From an uncultured Erysipelotrichaceae bacterium (GTDB lineage Bacteria; Bacillota_I; Bacilli_A; RFN20; DUOF01), in the NCBI GenBank assembly GCA_964442785.1, contig CAYTZW010000004.1, positions 1-51,722 of the forward strand: a stretch of 51,722 nucleotides of DNA, in the 5' to 3' direction. How positions within the stretch are numbered: position 1 is the first letter of the stretch; every line of letters starts with the position of its first letter. The position numbers and the translations under genes were made by a program. Of the stretch, positions 49,999-51,722 are shown in pieces. Under the pieces are notes generated by a model. It was given only the letters and a program-made list of their open reading frames with translations. It had not been told where the DNA came from and did no database searches.

Positions 49999-50997
49999 TT
50001 ATTTAAGTGCTAATTTTTCTCTAACTTTGTTAGAAATAACTTCTTTTTCATCTGGATTATTTTTTAACCATTGTTTAGCAGACTCTCTACCTTGAGCAAT
50101 CTTAACTCCTTCATATTCATACCACGAACCAGATTTTTTGATAATATCATATTCACTAGCCAAATCAATAATCTCGCCGTCTTTAGAAATACCTTGTCCA
50201 TAGATAATATCTACGGAAGCAGTTTTAAAAGGTGGAGCAACTTTATTCTTTACAACTTTAATATTTACAGCATTACCCATTAATTCATTATTAATTTTAA
50301 TACCTTCACCTTTTCTAATCTCTAATCTTACAGAAGCATAAAATTTTAAAGCTCGACCACCAGTAGTTGTTTCTGGATTACCATAGAAAACACCTATTTT
50401 TTCTCTTAATTGATTAATGAAAATAATAGTACAAGATTTTTTATTCAAAGCACCTGCAATTTTTCTTAATGCTTTAGACATAAGTCTTGCTTGAACTCCT
50501 ACTGTTTGTTCTGACATTTCACCATCAAGTTCAACTTGTGGAACAAGTGCAGCAACAGAGTCAACAACAATTAAATCTACTGCATCACTTTTAATCAAGA
50601 TTTCAGCAATTTCCATTGCTTGTTCTCCAGAATCAGGTTGTGATAAAATAAGTTCATCAACATTAACCCCTAAATTTTTAGCATAATCAGGGTCAATAGC
50701 GTGTTCCGCATCTATAAAAGCGGCTTTTCCACCTTTCTTTTGAACTTCTGCTATTGCGTGCAAAGCAAAAGTTGTCTTTCCACTAGATTCAGGACCATAA
50801 ATTTCTATAATTCTTCCTTTTGGATAACCTCCAATTCCTAAAGCCTTATCCAAAACTAATGAGCCTGAAGAAATTGCATCAACTGTTACAGAGGCTTTTT
50901 CACCTAATTTCATAATAGCCCCTTGTCCATATTGTTTTTGAATAGATTTCAATGCTTCTTGTAAAGCAACTTCTTTTTCATTTTTCTTTTCTGCCAT
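49999..50997 (-). CDS. recA: Recombinase A
   Basis: [22 protein letters not shown]. Confidence 0.99.
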   Translation of the reverse strand: MAEKKNEKEVALQEALKSIQKQYGQGAIMKLGEKASVTVDAISSGSLVLDKALGIGGYPKGRIIEIYGPESSGKTTFALHAIAEVQKKGGKAAFIDAEHAIDPDYAKNLGVNVDELILSQPDSGEQAMEIAEILIKSDAVDLIVVDSVAALVPQVELDGEMSEQTVGVQARLMSKALRKIAGALNKKSCTIIFINQLREKIGVFYGNPETTTGGRALKFYASVRLEIRKGEGIKINNELMGNAVNIKVVKNKVAPPFKTASVDIIYGQGISKDGEIIDLASEYDIIKKSGSWYEYEGVKIAQGRESAKQWLKNNPDEKEVISNKVREKLALK

Positions 50998-51006
50998 TTT
51001 TTTCTC

Positions 51007-51576
51007 CTATCTTATTCCCTCAAGAACAATTTTTCTACTTTTCCAGAAATAGTCAATGCCAGATAGTAATGATACAGCAGTAGCAACCCACGCTAATACA
51101 TAACCTACTTCAATGTATTTAACAGGGATAAAGAATAAAGTTCCTAACGCTACTATTTGCATAACTGTTTTTAGTTTTCCCCATTTTGAAGCAGCAATTA
51201 CCACTTGTTTTTCAACGGCTATCATTCTAATTGCATCAACAATAATATCTCTAGCAACCATTATTATCGTAATAATTGCAGATAACCTAATATTTGGGAA
51301 AATTTCGGCAGTAAAGAGAATAAAAGTTGAATTTATTAAAACTTTATCTGCGATTGGATCTAAAAACTTACCAAAAGTGGTAACCATATTTCTACTTCTA
51401 GCAATATGCCCATCTAAAAAATCTGTCAAAGCAGCTACAAGAAAAATTCCACCAGCAACCATTTTAGCCCAACCATAATTAGCAAGTGAAGGATTACCAC
51501 TACAAACTAAAACTAATACTATCATAGCAACTACAAGGAATAATCTTGAAACTGTAATTTTGTTTGCCAAATTCAT
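51007..51576 (-). CDS. pgsA: CDP-diacylglycerol--glycerol-3-phosphate 3-phosphatidyltransferase
   Basis: DFLDGHIAR...FGKFLDPIADK CDP-alcohol motif; pgsA-recA synteny. Confidence 0.95.
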   Translation of the reverse strand: MNLANKITVSRLFLVVAMIVLVLVCSGNPSLANYGWAKMVAGGIFLVAALTDFLDGHIARSRNMVTTFGKFLDPIADKVLINSTFILFTAEIFPNIRLSAIITIIMVARDIIVDAIRMIAVEKQVVIAASKWGKLKTVMQIVALGTLFFIPVKYIEVGYVLAWVATAVSLLSGIDYFWKSRKIVLEGIR

Positions 51577-51665
51577 ATATTTATTTCCTCCCTAAATTAC
51601 TCTTATTCTAACATAACCAAAACTAAATATCACTCAATTTATTAATAAATTGCATAAAAAAAGAG

Positions 51666-51700
51666 AAAATAAAAATCCGCGTCTTCAAGGCGCGGTTTTT
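51666..51700 (-). terminator. GC-rich terminator-like hairpin upstream of pgsA
   Basis: CCGCGTCT-tca-AGGCGCGG flanked by A and T tracts. Confidence 0.7.
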
Positions 51701-51722
51701 CTCACTGTCTTCAAGACAGATT

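Overview
Low-GC (visually about one quarter to 30% G+C) chromosomal segment of a reduced, spore-forming Bacillota/Bacilli genome. It is probably an uncultured gut lineage near Erysipelotrichales/Mollicutes (inference). The standard genetic code is supported by Trp=TGG and an RF2 gene with the CTT-TGA frameshift. Most genes lie on the - strand in Bacillus-like synteny: pgsA-recA-rny-ymdB-spoVS, miaB-ymcA, rpmE-tdk-prfA-prmC-spoIIR-atp operon-spoIIQ, comFA-comFC-csp-secA-prfB-ctp-uvrB, secG-rnr-smpB. There is also a gerAB-AA-AC receptor operon, yvcK, tRNA-His and an M60-like mucin peptidase. No CRISPR array, integrase or transposase is visible. Best leads: (1) a perfect sigma-A promoter whose spacer is an (AT)8 microsatellite, a likely phase-variation switch for an orphan membrane protein divergent from the M60 peptidase; (2) an accessory patch downstream of tRNA-His with a Cys-His-Asp (YunG-like)/Fe-S uracil-DNA-glycosylase fusion, a Bro-N protein carrying an internal palindrome, a degenerate histidine phosphatase and a tiny promoter-hairpin-terminator RNA; (3) a candidate multi-hairpin ncRNA at ~1713-1836; (4) a probably Na+-coupled F-ATPase with a two-carboxylate c site, extra helices in subunit a and a tailless epsilon; (5) miniaturised sporulation genes sharing a sigma-F-like promoter with a 14-nt spacer. 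All family assignments are from motif recognition by eye, without database searches.
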